NCBI GenBank assembly: GCA_035352955.1
Contig: DAOPYQ010000003.1
Coordinates: 76,901 to 140,900, forward strand
Length of the DNA stretch: 64,000 bases
Origin: Candidatus Omnitrophota bacterium
GTDB lineage: Bacteria > Omnitrophota > Omnitrophia > Omnitrophales > Aquincolibacteriaceae
Reading direction: 5' to 3'
Below, piece after piece: positions 44,517 to 54,098 of the stretch; the first letter of the stretch is position 1; each line of letters opens with the position of its first letter. The notes under the pieces were generated by a model. The model had not been told where the DNA came from. It was given only the letters and a program-made list of their open reading frames with translations, and searched no databases. The translations under genes were made by a program, and so were the position numbers.

Positions 44517-46054
44517 ATGCCTTGCATTTTTTGATCGATCTTGGTCCGGTCCAGAACATCCGCCGGAAGCACGGTCGAAGGTTTCACGATCTTCACCGTC
44601 AGAAAAATAACGAGATCCGTTTTCAACCCGTTATTGGTGTTCCGGTCGAAGATCTTCCCCAAAAGGGGTATCTTACTCAAATAAGGGACTCCCCCGACCT
44701 CGGTCGTCTTCGCATCGCTCAGAAGCCCGCCCATCACCGCCGTATCCCCATCATCAACGACCATTTGCGTCTCGGCCTCACGGGTATCGATGATCGGATA
44801 GGAGGCGATCGTCGCCGTGCCCAGCGTTCCGCCTTTAACGTCCACCGTGCCATTTTGATTGGAAACCGTCGGATGCACGATCAGATTGACCTTGTCCTCA
44901 TTGTCGCCGACGATCTGGGGAACCACCTTGAGCTGAATGCCGATATTCTGATAATACGAAAGCGAGCCACCGACCGTGTTGTTGACATTCGTGCTCGACG
45001 TAGTCTCCAGGATCGGGTACTGCTTACCAACCAGGATCGTCGCCTCGCGCCCATCCATCGTCAAAACGGTCGGCGTAGACAACGTGTTGGTATTTTCATC
45101 CTGTTGAAGCGCGTGCAAAACCATTTGAAATTTCGTCCCATTCACCTTGGCGAGATTGAATTCAAGACCTGAATTCGCGGCAGTCGTCCCGGTCTCCATG
45201 GGAACAAAAGCATCCGGAGTGACAGACGTCGGAAAACGACTCCCGAGCCCCGCGGTAAAATCCTTGTTGAAGATTGAGGCGCTCCCGGGCGTTTCCGTCG
45301 GCGTCCCGAAGTTGATCCCGAGATCAAAAAGCTTCTGCGCCGTCACTTCCAGAATGACTCCCCGGATCAGGACCTGTTTCGGCGCAACATCCATTTCGAC
45401 GATAAGCTTCGCGATCTGACGGACCACGGTCGGTGTATCGGAGACCGCCAGGATCTTTGTGCGGGTCATTTTTGTCGTGTTGGCCGGCGCCGTCGGCGGC
45501 GTATAAGTGCTGCTGCCGGAAGAACTGTCCGGGACACTCATCAAACCGCTCGTCGACGCGGAAAACCCCCAGCCTTGCTTGTTCACGACATCAAGCACCG
45601 AAACCTTGCCGTCCTTGGTCAAGAACGGCTGGATCATTTTTGCGACATCCGCGGCCTCGATATGCGTCAGTTTGAAAGCCTCGATCTTCATGCCGCCGGA
45701 GGCGAACAACGCATCATCCTCTTTTTTCTGGTCTTCCTGCAGTTTCGTGAGAGTCGAAACGGTCAGGATACCCCCGTCCTGGGTATAACCGAGATCGTAC
45801 ATCTTGAGAATGATCTTGAGCGCGGTCTTCCAGTCCACATTCTCGAGATCCACCGTCACGAGCCCGAACACTTCAGGCGTCGTCACGATATCGATCTTCT
45901 TCCCCTCCTGCTCGGCCTTCTTCTCGATGGCCTTGAGAACGGTCGCGATATCCGTATCCTTGAACTTAAGGCTTCCCAACTCGGCCGCAAAGGCCGCGGA
46001 CGTCGCGGCGCACAGAACCAACGCTGCGATCACGATGATGGTTCGGACCTTCAT
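44513..46054 (-). CDS. type II/IV secretin (PilQ/GspD/MshL family)
   Basis: C-terminal secretin domain ...GGVPYLSKIPLLGKIFDRNTNNGLKTDLVIFLTVKIV. Signal peptide MKVRTIIVIAALVLCAATSAAFA from the ATG at 46054 (GGAGGA upstream). The track start at 46069 is a GTG. Confidence 0.92.
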   Translation of the reverse strand: MKVRTIIVIAALVLCAATSAAFAAELGSLKFKDTDIATVLKAIEKKAEQEGKKIDIVTTPEVFGLVTVDLENVDWKTALKIILKMYDLGYTQDGGILTVSTLTKLQEDQKKEDDALFASGGMKIEAFKLTHIEAADVAKMIQPFLTKDGKVSVLDVVNKQGWGFSASTSGLMSVPDSSSGSSTYTPPTAPANTTKMTRTKILAVSDTPTVVRQIAKLIVEMDVAPKQVLIRGVILEVTAQKLFDLGINFGTPTETPGSASIFNKDFTAGLGSRFPTSVTPDAFVPMETGTTAANSGLEFNLAKVNGTKFQMVLHALQQDENTNTLSTPTVLTMDGREATILVGKQYPILETTSSTNVNNTVGGSLSYYQNIGIQLKVVPQIVGDNEDKVNLIVHPTVSNQNGTVDVKGGTLGTATIASYPIIDTREAETQMVVDDGDTAVMGGLLSDAKTTEVGGVPYLSKIPLLGKIFDRNTNNGLKTDLVIFLTVKIVKPSTVLPADVLDRTKIDQKMQGI

Positions 46055-46074
46055 GATTCCTCCGTTCACTCTGC

Positions 46075-46548
46075 CTATTTCAGATGAAGTTCAAATTCCG
46101 ATGTTTTATCTTTAAGTTTCACACTATCGGGCTGTATCTTGACTACCTGAAACCCGTTCAGGGTGTCCCCTTCTTTCAGAAAAGTCTGATTAATGACCGC
46201 CGTGGGGATCTTGTCACCCCACAGGATGCCTTCCAGAACCAGCATGCTCCGGGGATCTCTCGGGCCGATCTGTCCCCCCACGAACGGATCACGCTCAACG
46301 GAAAGCGCGTCCGTCACTCCGTTAAATCTCCCAAAAAAACTATCGTCCAAAACCGGCTTTCTCTTGACCAGAGAAGGAACAGAAACGGTCCCACCCTGAA
46401 ATGAGACGGATGCGGCAACGTTCGGAGCCGGGAGCGGCAAAACCCGCTTCGCAGCGTTGATCTTTTTGACAAGAGAACCCGTCGCCGACACCAAGAGAAG
46501 TGCCGTGACGACCACGACCCCGAGTTCAATGATCTCTTTTTTTCTCAT
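46075..46548 (-). CDS. PilP/MshK/GspC-like pilus assembly protein
   Basis: An N-terminal transmembrane helix and C-terminal LEGILWGDKIPTAVINQTFLKEGDTLNGFQVVKIQPDSVKL. The ATG at 46548 has GGAG 5 nt upstream; a GTG at 46554 is the alternative. Confidence 0.6.
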   Translation of the reverse strand: MRKKEIIELGVVVVTALLLVSATGSLVKKINAAKRVLPLPAPNVAASVSFQGGTVSVPSLVKRKPVLDDSFFGRFNGVTDALSVERDPFVGGQIGPRDPRSMLVLEGILWGDKIPTAVINQTFLKEGDTLNGFQVVKIQPDSVKLKDKTSEFELHLK

Positions 46549-46550
46549 GG

Positions 46551-47138
46551 TCACTCCAAAAAAAACAGGCTGAGTTCAAGGACGGCCGAAAGAGGCGGCG
46601 AATCCGCGGACCGTCTAACGACATCCAGACGTTCCACCGCCATGTACGCCGGCAAGATTTTTCGCAAAGCCTCGATATACCGGATCAGGTTCAGGTACTC
46701 GCATTTCACGGTCATGGTAACCAGCTGAACCTTCGCGGGCTTCCCGTCCACGCGCAGGACCTCGCCGCGGCTGTCTCTGAAATTCCCGGCAGGCTTCGTC
46801 GTAATTTTGTCCACCTTGATCTGGAATTTGTAGGCGTATTCCGTAAGCATCAAAAGAGACTTCGCCTCCTCGGCCGGAAATCTCCGCAAAAGCTCCTGGC
46901 GGATTTTCATGAAATAGGCGGCCGCCTGGTCCGGATTCTTCTGTTCCCGGATCACTTGTCCGACCCATTTAAGCTGTTCCTCGACCAAATGATATTTTCT
47001 CCGAAGAGAGATCAGTCGCTCGTCCGTCTTCCAATCGACGAACACCTGGAAGGCCAGGGCCAGAGCCAGGACGGCGAGGCTGCCGGCAAAGATAGCGACT
47101 TGCGACGCTGATATTTTAGGCTTTCCGACTTCAATCAT
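46551..47138 (-). CDS. PilO/MshJ/GspM-like pilus assembly protein
   Basis: I prefer the start MIEVGKPKISASQVAIFAGSLAVLALALAF at 47138. One transmembrane helix, a coiled segment, then a ferredoxin-like C-terminal part. The assignment rests on position and topology. Confidence 0.55.
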   Translation of the reverse strand: MIEVGKPKISASQVAIFAGSLAVLALALAFQVFVDWKTDERLISLRRKYHLVEEQLKWVGQVIREQKNPDQAAAYFMKIRQELLRRFPAEEAKSLLMLTEYAYKFQIKVDKITTKPAGNFRDSRGEVLRVDGKPAKVQLVTMTVKCEYLNLIRYIEALRKILPAYMAVERLDVVRRSADSPPLSAVLELSLFFLE

Positions 47139-48702
47139 TTTTAAACACGCCCCTGATACGGAATTCGGACCCCGAAACGGGTTCCGCATAAACATTCCCA
47201 AAAAAAGACGACCCTTTGAGCCTTTTGACGAGCGCTTCGGCCGCACCAGCCCGCTGCAATTCGGGAAGGTTTACCGTCACCTCAAGCGCCAATCGACGCC
47301 CCGCGGCATCGAGATCAAAACGCTTGAGCACGAGCTCCGGCGGCAGCAGGTACCCCAAAAGTTTAAGCATCTTTTCAGCCGGAACGACGCCGCGGTCGAT
47401 TTCGCGCGTCAAAAAATACCGGGGAAACGCCGCGGACGAAAGGTCGGAAAACGTCCCCAGGGTTTGCAAGTGACGCTTGGCAAACGCGAGACGGTCCAAA
47501 TAATAACCGGTCTCGATCTTCGCGAAAAAAAACGGCGTTGCGAGAATCGCCGCCATAGCGAGCGTCCCCAAAGCCAGAAATTTCCTCTGCATCGCCTCAA
47601 ACTTCGCGGTACGGAACTCATACGGGAGAAAATTCACGGTTTCATGTCCTCCGAGCACTCCTGCGATCCCGCTGACACACTGACTCAGACGAACTGGGTC
47701 CTGAACGCCCTCCCCTTGTTTGCATTGAATCGTCGGAGGAAGAAGAAAATGATGGACGCCGATCCCGAGCTCGCGCCCCAGAAAAACATCGAGGTTCTTA
47801 AACTTCGTCCCGTGGCCGGTCAGATAAAGCGCGACGGGCTTTTCATCCTTAAGGTTCGTCATGAAGTACGTGAAGGAATAACGGACCTCACGGACCAGCC
47901 CCTCGAGAAGCGGCCGCAATAAATTGAAAAATTTGGCCTCCCGGCCCTCCCCGCTCCCGACCGGAGACTCTTCGAGAGGAACGCCGATCGACAGCACCGC
48001 GGCTTCGATCTCGCTATCGGCCTCGGGGGTCTGGAATTTTGTTCCAAGAAACAAGGGATCATTCAGGATCAGTTGGACCTTAGAGTACGAAAAACCCAGT
48101 GTCCGGATAAAGATCAGCTTCCCTTTGACGTAGATGGAAAGGGTCGAATCACCGTATCCGAGATCCAGCACCGCCTGAGGGGCTGACCCCTGCCCGTAGT
48201 TTTCGAGGATCTTCGCGTTGTTCAGAGGCGCAGCGGTAACCTGCGCCACTTCGTACCCGAACCGTCCGAGCATGCGGACATAGTCACTCAAAAGTTTTCG
48301 GTTCACGACCGAATAAAGCGCCACCTCTTGTTTAGCGCCTTCCTCATCGGAAAATTCTTTAACAACGTCGTAATTAAAAAAAACATTCTCTTGGCTAAGC
48401 GCCCCGTCCTCCTTCGCCTGCCAAGCGATCGCGGAGGCAAGTTCTTTGGGGGGCATTGCGGGAAGTATCGTGGCCTTGACGGTGATCACCCGGGGATCGG
48501 AAATGGTGAGGTAAACCTTCCGAGCGTTCACTTTATTCTCTTTGACAAACTGACGGAGGGTTTCGCTGATCCGGGACTTGAGGTCTTCCGTCGGAGGAAT
48601 CGTCAGAACCTTCTCCTGACGGATCACGAGAGACGGACCATCCTTGTCTAACAGAAGCACCTTCAGCCGGTGCCGTCCGATCTCAAGTGACAAAAATTGC
48701 AT
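47131..48702 (-). CDS. PilM-PilN fusion (MshI-like) pilus assembly protein
   Basis: An actin-like ATPase-fold N-terminal part (LSLEIGRHRLKVLLLD...) followed by a PilN-like segment (NFLPYEFRTAKFEAMQRKFLALGTLAMAAILATPFF). Confidence 0.75.
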   Translation of the reverse strand: MQFLSLEIGRHRLKVLLLDKDGPSLVIRQEKVLTIPPTEDLKSRISETLRQFVKENKVNARKVYLTISDPRVITVKATILPAMPPKELASAIAWQAKEDGALSQENVFFNYDVVKEFSDEEGAKQEVALYSVVNRKLLSDYVRMLGRFGYEVAQVTAAPLNNAKILENYGQGSAPQAVLDLGYGDSTLSIYVKGKLIFIRTLGFSYSKVQLILNDPLFLGTKFQTPEADSEIEAAVLSIGVPLEESPVGSGEGREAKFFNLLRPLLEGLVREVRYSFTYFMTNLKDEKPVALYLTGHGTKFKNLDVFLGRELGIGVHHFLLPPTIQCKQGEGVQDPVRLSQCVSGIAGVLGGHETVNFLPYEFRTAKFEAMQRKFLALGTLAMAAILATPFFFAKIETGYYLDRLAFAKRHLQTLGTFSDLSSAAFPRYFLTREIDRGVVPAEKMLKLLGYLLPPELVLKRFDLDAAGRRLALEVTVNLPELQRAGAAEALVKRLKGSSFFGNVYAEPVSGSEFRIRGVFKND

Positions 48703-48719
48703 GAACCGCCTTCGTTCGC

Positions 48720-49274
48720 TTAAAGGTACTTGTTCACTTTAACGGAAGAACTTTGCGTGCTAGTCCCATCTAGTGTATCGGACGAACCCGTCCCGTTTTT
48801 AGCGATTAAATCGACCTTTATTCGCCGGACATTGGCCGGTGTCACGGGCTGGGTCAAGGGCGCGTCGCTGGCATCGGTGTAAGTGAAAAGCGATCCTCCG
48901 ACGCCCGCAATCGTCATGTCCGCAGGCATGTAATACGGCACAAGGGCATCGGCCCCGGTAGCGATCTTCCGGTACAGTTTCCCCGCCGTCAATCGGTATT
49001 CGATCGTCTGGTCATCCTGATTCGTCACGATAACTTGGTTCGCGCCGGCCGTGGTGACGGCTTTGCAGAAACGAAGCCCCTTCGCGGTCTTATCCCCTTC
49101 TGTCAGGATCTCAAGGGCGTCGGCCGCAAGCGTGTCGGCCCGAACCTGGTTGGGAAGATAAAAAGTGGTCTTCGTAACAAACCCCAGGATATGAAGACCG
49201 CCCACGACGAGCAAGGCGGCGATCAGCGTCACCATCACCAGCTCGATCAATGTAAATCCCGATTGTTTTTTCAT
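48720..49274 (-). CDS. minor pilin (prepilin-type N-terminal cleavage/methylation domain)
   Basis: MKKQSG|FTLIELVMVTLIAALLVVGG. ATGA overlap with the upstream gene. Confidence 0.8.
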   Translation of the reverse strand: MKKQSGFTLIELVMVTLIAALLVVGGLHILGFVTKTTFYLPNQVRADTLAADALEILTEGDKTAKGLRFCKAVTTAGANQVIVTNQDDQTIEYRLTAGKLYRKIATGADALVPYYMPADMTIAGVGGSLFTYTDASDAPLTQPVTPANVRRIKVDLIAKNGTGSSDTLDGTSTQSSSVKVNKYL

Positions 49275-49642
49275 GGCGCGTACGTCACATCTTTGGCGAT
49301 GGAACCGTAAAGCGTTGCCAGGACCGCCGAAGTCCCCGAACGCTTAGCGGTCAGCACGATGTCTTTCCTTTCCGCACCGTTGCTTCCTGTCACCGTCGTC
49401 ACCGTCCAGTTAACGATCATGGAGTTGATCGTGGAACTTCCCGTCGCCACGGAGGCATACGCCGTGTTATTCAGCCGCTCCATTTCACTGCGCGCCGCGT
49501 TGCCGGCAATGGTCAAATCTCCGGACGATATCGTCCCCTGAACCTGCTGGCCGATCATATACCCGACCGGGATCGCGATAAGCGTCAGGATGATCATCGC
49601 CATGATCAATTCAATCAGGGTGACTCCTCGTCGGCAATTCAT
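49271..49642 (-). CDS. minor pilin (prepilin-type N-terminal cleavage/methylation domain)
   Basis: MNCRRG|VTLIELIMAMIILTLIAIP. Confidence 0.8.
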   Translation of the reverse strand: MNCRRGVTLIELIMAMIILTLIAIPVGYMIGQQVQGTISSGDLTIAGNAARSEMERLNNTAYASVATGSSTINSMIVNWTVTTVTGSNGAERKDIVLTAKRSGTSAVLATLYGSIAKDVTYAP

Positions 49643-49657
49643 TTTTCGCTTCCCACC

Positions 49658-50686
49658 TCAGCACCCCGTTCCGATCTTCACTTCATCGATTGAGATAGGT
49701 TCTTTACCGCTTGCGTTATTTGTATACTTCGTACCGAATTGAAGCGTCCCGGTCGTATTCCGGACCGTCACAACCGTCGTGTTGGAATTTTTCAGCACCC
49801 CGTCCACATAGATCCTCATACCCGAACTGCCCCAAGCGCCTTGCACAAGATACCACGTCCCCAAAACCGGGGTAACGTTACTGTTCAAAACCGTGGTCAC
49901 TCCTCCCGAATTTGTAAGTTCAAGCGCGAATTTTCCGCCATTGAAAGTGATCCCGTACGCCGTCACCGAATTGTTTGAAAGATGCCCCTTGAAAACAATG
50001 CCCCCGCTGGCACCGACCGAACCATCCACACGGACACGCACAAGGATCGAACCGCTCGTGGTCAAATCCAGCCCGGAGCTATCCGCGACCCAGGCATACG
50101 TATGGGTATTCGAAATATTGAACTTCAGGGCATAATCCAAAGCGCCGTCCGGGCCGGCCACCCACGCCGTCTGGGACGGCTGGTTTCCCATGATGGTCGC
50201 CTGATAAGTTCCGGAGGTCGGAGAACTGCTGCCGGAACCTTCCGGAAATTCCCAGTCATAGACCGCAGTTCCCGTTCCGGCCGGAGGCGGAGGGATCCCG
50301 GTACCGTCGCCTTCCATGTAGATCTGCACTTTGTTCGAGGCCAACTCATACTGGGCAAAAACGGTCCGCGAAATCGAACCAGCGGGCGAGACGGAAGTTC
50401 CGGTACATTTGAGTTGATAGATCCCGCAGCCGGATGCCACTTGCACCAGATTGATCTGGTTATTCGCGTCGATGTTCGAAACGGGAAGCGCCGCGCCGGT
50501 CGATCTCAGGTTGAAGATCCCTCGATGGATACCGGCCTGCGCAAGATAAAGCGCGTCCATGTTCCGGTTCTGGGATTCGTTGCGGGTGACACTGTTGGTG
50601 ATGTAAAACGTAGCACCGAAGACAATGATGGGGACAAGAATAACGATTAACAGAACAGCCGGCAGAGCAAAACCCCTGCTCTTCAA
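49658..50686 (-). CDS. PilX/GspK-like minor pilin with a C-terminal LamG/concanavalin-A-like lectin domain
   Basis: TTG start. The N-terminus MKSRGFALPAVLLIVILVPIIVFG is PilX_N-like and lacks Glu5. The C-terminal region ...LTTSGSILVRVRVDG...GTWYLVQGAWGSSGMRIYVDGVLKN...GTKYTNNASGKEPISIDEVKIG follows the LamG pattern. Confidence 0.7.
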   Translation of the reverse strand: MKSRGFALPAVLLIVILVPIIVFGATFYITNSVTRNESQNRNMDALYLAQAGIHRGIFNLRSTGAALPVSNIDANNQINLVQVASGCGIYQLKCTGTSVSPAGSISRTVFAQYELASNKVQIYMEGDGTGIPPPPAGTGTAVYDWEFPEGSGSSSPTSGTYQATIMGNQPSQTAWVAGPDGALDYALKFNISNTHTYAWVADSSGLDLTTSGSILVRVRVDGSVGASGGIVFKGHLSNNSVTAYGITFNGGKFALELTNSGGVTTVLNSNVTPVLGTWYLVQGAWGSSGMRIYVDGVLKNSNTTVVTVRNTTGTLQFGTKYTNNASGKEPISIDEVKIGTGC

Positions 50687-50705
50687 TGGAACCCCCGCGA
50701 AAGGA

Positions 50706-50740
50706 GCGTGAGCGGCAGCCGCTTTGGCCGCCGCTCACGC
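50706..50740 (-). promoter_or_regulatory. 11-bp hairpin directly after the major pilin gene (attenuator/stabiliser candidate)
   Basis: gcgtgagcggc ... gccgctcacgc. On the transcribed strand a T8 run precedes it, and no U-tract follows. Confidence 0.4.
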
Positions 50741-50762
50741 ATTACGAAAAAAAAGGCGACAA

Positions 50763-51131
50763 CTAGTCTGTAAAAGAGCCGGTCGTGCTGTTGTAAACGT
50801 AGGCGCCATTGGCAGGCCCTGTATAGCCCGTGGCAGTCTTGGTCCAGTCCTGCTGGATCCCGTCCTGATCCAGGACCGTCGTGAAGCACTTATTGGTCTT
50901 TGAACAAGCTCCGTTGGAAGCACTGTCCAGCGTTGCGGGATAAGCCTTGTTCTTCGCGAAATAGGTGTAAATGCCGGAACGAACGCCGCCCACGACCCCC
51001 TGCTCGGCTGCCGTCTTCGCATCCGTCTGGAGATCATAGTATTTGGGAATGGCCACAACCGCCAGAAGCCCCAACAAAACAATCACCATGATCAATTCAA
51101 TGAGCGTAAAGCCTCTTTTATTCATCAACAT
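50763..51131 (-). CDS. type IV major pilin
   Basis: MLMNKRG|FTLIELIMVIVLLGLLAVVAIPKY from the ATG at 51131 (AAGGAGA 6 nt upstream). Two Cys residues lie in the C-terminal part (GACSKTNKC). Confidence 0.88.
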   Translation of the reverse strand: MLMNKRGFTLIELIMVIVLLGLLAVVAIPKYYDLQTDAKTAAEQGVVGGVRSGIYTYFAKNKAYPATLDSASNGACSKTNKCFTTVLDQDGIQQDWTKTATGYTGPANGAYVYNSTTGSFTD

Positions 51132-51179
51132 TTTCGTTCTCCTTTCGCTGAACTGCTGCACTCAATTAACAACTTTAGA

Positions 51180-52394
51180 CTAACGGCGGAAAAGACTGAT
51201 CATATTCCACATCGGGAGGAACATCCCGAGCGCCAGCACCAGGACCATCAGACCGAGGATCACGATCAGCATCGGTTCGATCAAAACCATCAGATTGCTA
51301 ACAATGTAATCCACCTGCATATCATAATAGTCCGAGACCTTCAAAAGCAACTCATCTATTTTTCCGGTCTCTTCCCCCACCCGGACCATCCGCACCACCG
51401 ACGGAGGGAAAATACCGCTCTCCTTCATCGGCTGTGTCATCCCGGTACCTTCGGTCACGCTGACCCGGATCTTTTCGATCGCCCCGGCGACGACGCGGTT
51501 GTCGGCGCTTCCGTAAGCGATTTCGAGAGCCTTGAGCGCCGCGATCCCGCTTTGCAAAAGAATGGCCATCACCCTGGCAAAACGGGACATCTCGGCCTTG
51601 AGGATTAACGGACCCAACACAGGGACCTTGAGCCACACGCGGTCAAAAAGAAGTTTCCCCGAAGGGGTTTGCGCAAACCTTACGATCAAGATCCCCGCCG
51701 CGACCGCACCGATCGCGATAAAGACACCGTAGTGCTGCATCACATCGTGGATGCCGAGCAGGATCCGGGTCGGGAGCGGCAATTCGACATTGCTCTGTGC
51801 AAAAAGTTTCGCAAAGCGCGGGATGATAAAATTCGTCAGCGCAAGAAACGCGAGCACGATCGCGCTCAGCACGATCGTCGGATAACGCAACGCGGATTTC
51901 ACGCGCAACCGCAGCTTTTCTTCCGCCTCGCCGAGATACATCAGCCGCTCCAGGATCTCCTCAATCCGGCCCGACGTTTCCCCGGCACGGAACATGTTCA
52001 CATAAAGAGGCGTAAAGATCTTGGGATAGCGCGCCAGACTGTCTGAGATGCTCGCGCCCCCGCGAATGCTCGTGATCAACCCGTCGACCATACGTTTCAG
52101 CACGGGATTGCGGTCCTGCTCGCTGATCACCTCCAGCGACGCAATGGCCGTAAGACCCGCTTTGATAAGCGTGTAAAATTCGCGGGTAAACGCGTTGATA
52201 TCGGCGATCTTGAGACGGCGGAATTTTAAAAGAAATTCCGTGGAGAGGTCCGCGCCTTCCGGGCGTATCCATACGGGGGTCATCCCCTGCTGCCGGAGCT
52301 TGGCCGAAACATCGAGATCGGAGTCGGCCGTCATTTTCCCTTCCGTGACATTTCCGAAATTATCGCGGGCCTTATAGAGGAAGGAAGCTTCCAT
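51180..52394 (-). CDS. type II secretion / type IV pilus platform protein (GspF/PilC/MshG family)
   Basis: 404 aa with two T2SSF repeats and three transmembrane segments. The TAATG junction overlaps the ATPase stop. Confidence 0.93.
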   Translation of the reverse strand: MEASFLYKARDNFGNVTEGKMTADSDLDVSAKLRQQGMTPVWIRPEGADLSTEFLLKFRRLKIADINAFTREFYTLIKAGLTAIASLEVISEQDRNPVLKRMVDGLITSIRGGASISDSLARYPKIFTPLYVNMFRAGETSGRIEEILERLMYLGEAEEKLRLRVKSALRYPTIVLSAIVLAFLALTNFIIPRFAKLFAQSNVELPLPTRILLGIHDVMQHYGVFIAIGAVAAGILIVRFAQTPSGKLLFDRVWLKVPVLGPLILKAEMSRFARVMAILLQSGIAALKALEIAYGSADNRVVAGAIEKIRVSVTEGTGMTQPMKESGIFPPSVVRMVRVGEETGKIDELLLKVSDYYDMQVDYIVSNLMVLIEPMLIVILGLMVLVLALGMFLPMWNMISLFRR

Positions 52395-54064
52395 TATTCG
52401 ATCTCGGTGACCCGGAGGACCTCTTCCAGCGTAGTGATCCCACGCTGAAGTTTCTCGAATCCGTCCTGCCTCAAGGTCTTCATTCCCTGTTCAATGGCCT
52501 TTTTGCGGATATCGGTGGAGGGCCGCTTGGCATCAACCATGCTTTTGATCTCGTCGGTCATCAGCATCAACTCAAAAATACCGGTACGGCCGAGGAACCC
52601 GGTCTGATTGCAACGAGAGCATCCCTTGCCGCGGATCAACTGAGTGCCCTCGGGAAGCCCCGCGTTCTTAAGCGCCGCAGGAGAGGGCGAATACTGCTCA
52701 CGGCATTTCGTGCAGTTCTCGCGAACGAGCCGCTGCGCGAGAATAGCCACGACGGTGCTCGAAATAAGGAACGGTTCGATCCCCATATCGATCAGACGCG
52801 TCAGAGCCGACGGCGCATCGTTCGTATGCAACGTCGAAAAAACAAGGTGCCCCGTAAGAGACGACTGAATCGCCACTTCAACCGTTTCGCGGTCGCGGAT
52901 CTCACCCACCATCATCACATCGGGGTCCTGGCGGAGAAACCCGCGAAGACCGTTGGCGAACGTGATCCCGGCCTTGGCATTAACCTGAGTTTGACGGACA
53001 CGCGGGATAACGAACTCCACCGGGTCCTCGATCGTCACGATATTCTTGTCCTCGGTATTGATCCGGGAGATCGCGGAATAAAGAGTCGTCGTTTTACCGC
53101 TTCCCGTCGGGCCTGTCACGAGAATGATGCCAAACGGCCGGGCAATAAGTTTCGTAAAGACCTCCAGGTTCTCTTTCGAAAAACCGAGTTCGCCAAGATT
53201 CGGGAGCATCGCACGCTTGTCGAGAAGGCGAAGGACCACGTTCTCCCCGAAAACCGTCGGAAAAGTCGACACGCGAATATCCAGATCCTTACCTTCCAAC
53301 TCCATGTGGATCTTGCCATCCTGAGGCTTGCGGTTCTCCGTAATATCCATTCCGGAGAGGATTTTGACCCTCGAAACAACGGCGCTGTGGATCGGCAAAG
53401 GAAAGGTCGTGATCTGTTGAAGCAGTCCGTCCACGCGGAAACGCACCGAAACGATACCCTCCTCAGGTTCAATGTGAATATCGGACGCACGGGCCTGAAC
53501 GGCCTGGGAAAGAAGGCTGTCCACAAGCTTGCTAACGGGTGTCTGCTCCGAGATCTCCCCCATCAGAGTTTCCTGCATGCTCGGAGCTTTTCCCTTTTCG
53601 AGCGATTTTACGATCTCCGCGACCGAACCGAAAGAACGGTAATAGGCATTGAACGCCTTCTGAAAACCGGACGAGGAAACCAAGATCGGATCGACCGCGT
53701 CATACGGGGTACTCTTCCGGACAAAGTCGATGGCGACAATGTTCTGGGGATCAACCATCCCGACGGAGATCGTCTTGCCCGTCGTGAAAAGCGGAATCAT
53801 GGCATATTTCTTGGCGGCGCTCTCGGGGATCAGTTTGACAAGGGAACGGTCGAGGCGATAACTGCTGAGATCGATATAAGGAATACCGAGGATCGCAGCC
53901 TTGATATTGGCGACGTCTTCTTCGGTCACAAAACCATTCCTGACGAGCACCACTTCGAGAGGCTGCCCGACGCGCGAGGCTTCTTTTTGCGCCTTTTCAG
54001 CTTGGTCCGGCTGGAGAAGTTCCTGCTTCAGTAACAACTCGAGGATCTTCGCCTGCGGAACCAT
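52394..54064 (-). CDS. type II secretion / type IV pilus assembly ATPase (GspE/PilB/MshE family)
   Basis: N-terminal T2SSE_N domain, Walker A GPTGSGKTTT, Asp box, Walker B MVGEIRD, His box, and the tetracysteine motif CTKC...CSRC. Confidence 0.95.
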   Translation of the reverse strand: MVPQAKILELLLKQELLQPDQAEKAQKEASRVGQPLEVVLVRNGFVTEEDVANIKAAILGIPYIDLSSYRLDRSLVKLIPESAAKKYAMIPLFTTGKTISVGMVDPQNIVAIDFVRKSTPYDAVDPILVSSSGFQKAFNAYYRSFGSVAEIVKSLEKGKAPSMQETLMGEISEQTPVSKLVDSLLSQAVQARASDIHIEPEEGIVSVRFRVDGLLQQITTFPLPIHSAVVSRVKILSGMDITENRKPQDGKIHMELEGKDLDIRVSTFPTVFGENVVLRLLDKRAMLPNLGELGFSKENLEVFTKLIARPFGIILVTGPTGSGKTTTLYSAISRINTEDKNIVTIEDPVEFVIPRVRQTQVNAKAGITFANGLRGFLRQDPDVMMVGEIRDRETVEVAIQSSLTGHLVFSTLHTNDAPSALTRLIDMGIEPFLISSTVVAILAQRLVRENCTKCREQYSPSPAALKNAGLPEGTQLIRGKGCSRCNQTGFLGRTGIFELMLMTDEIKSMVDAKRPSTDIRKKAIEQGMKTLRQDGFEKLQRGITTLEEVLRVTEIE

Positions 54065-54098
54065 AGGTCCTCCGGAAGCAGCCGGCTGAAATGCGCGC

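Noticed and set aside
53700-54064. A possible MshEN-type c-di-GMP-binding motif at the N-terminus of the pilus ATPase.
   Set aside because: KILELLLKQELLQPDQAEKAQ lacks the two conserved glycines and the leading RLG of the remembered MshEN motif. It is an ordinary T2SSE_N domain as far as I can see.
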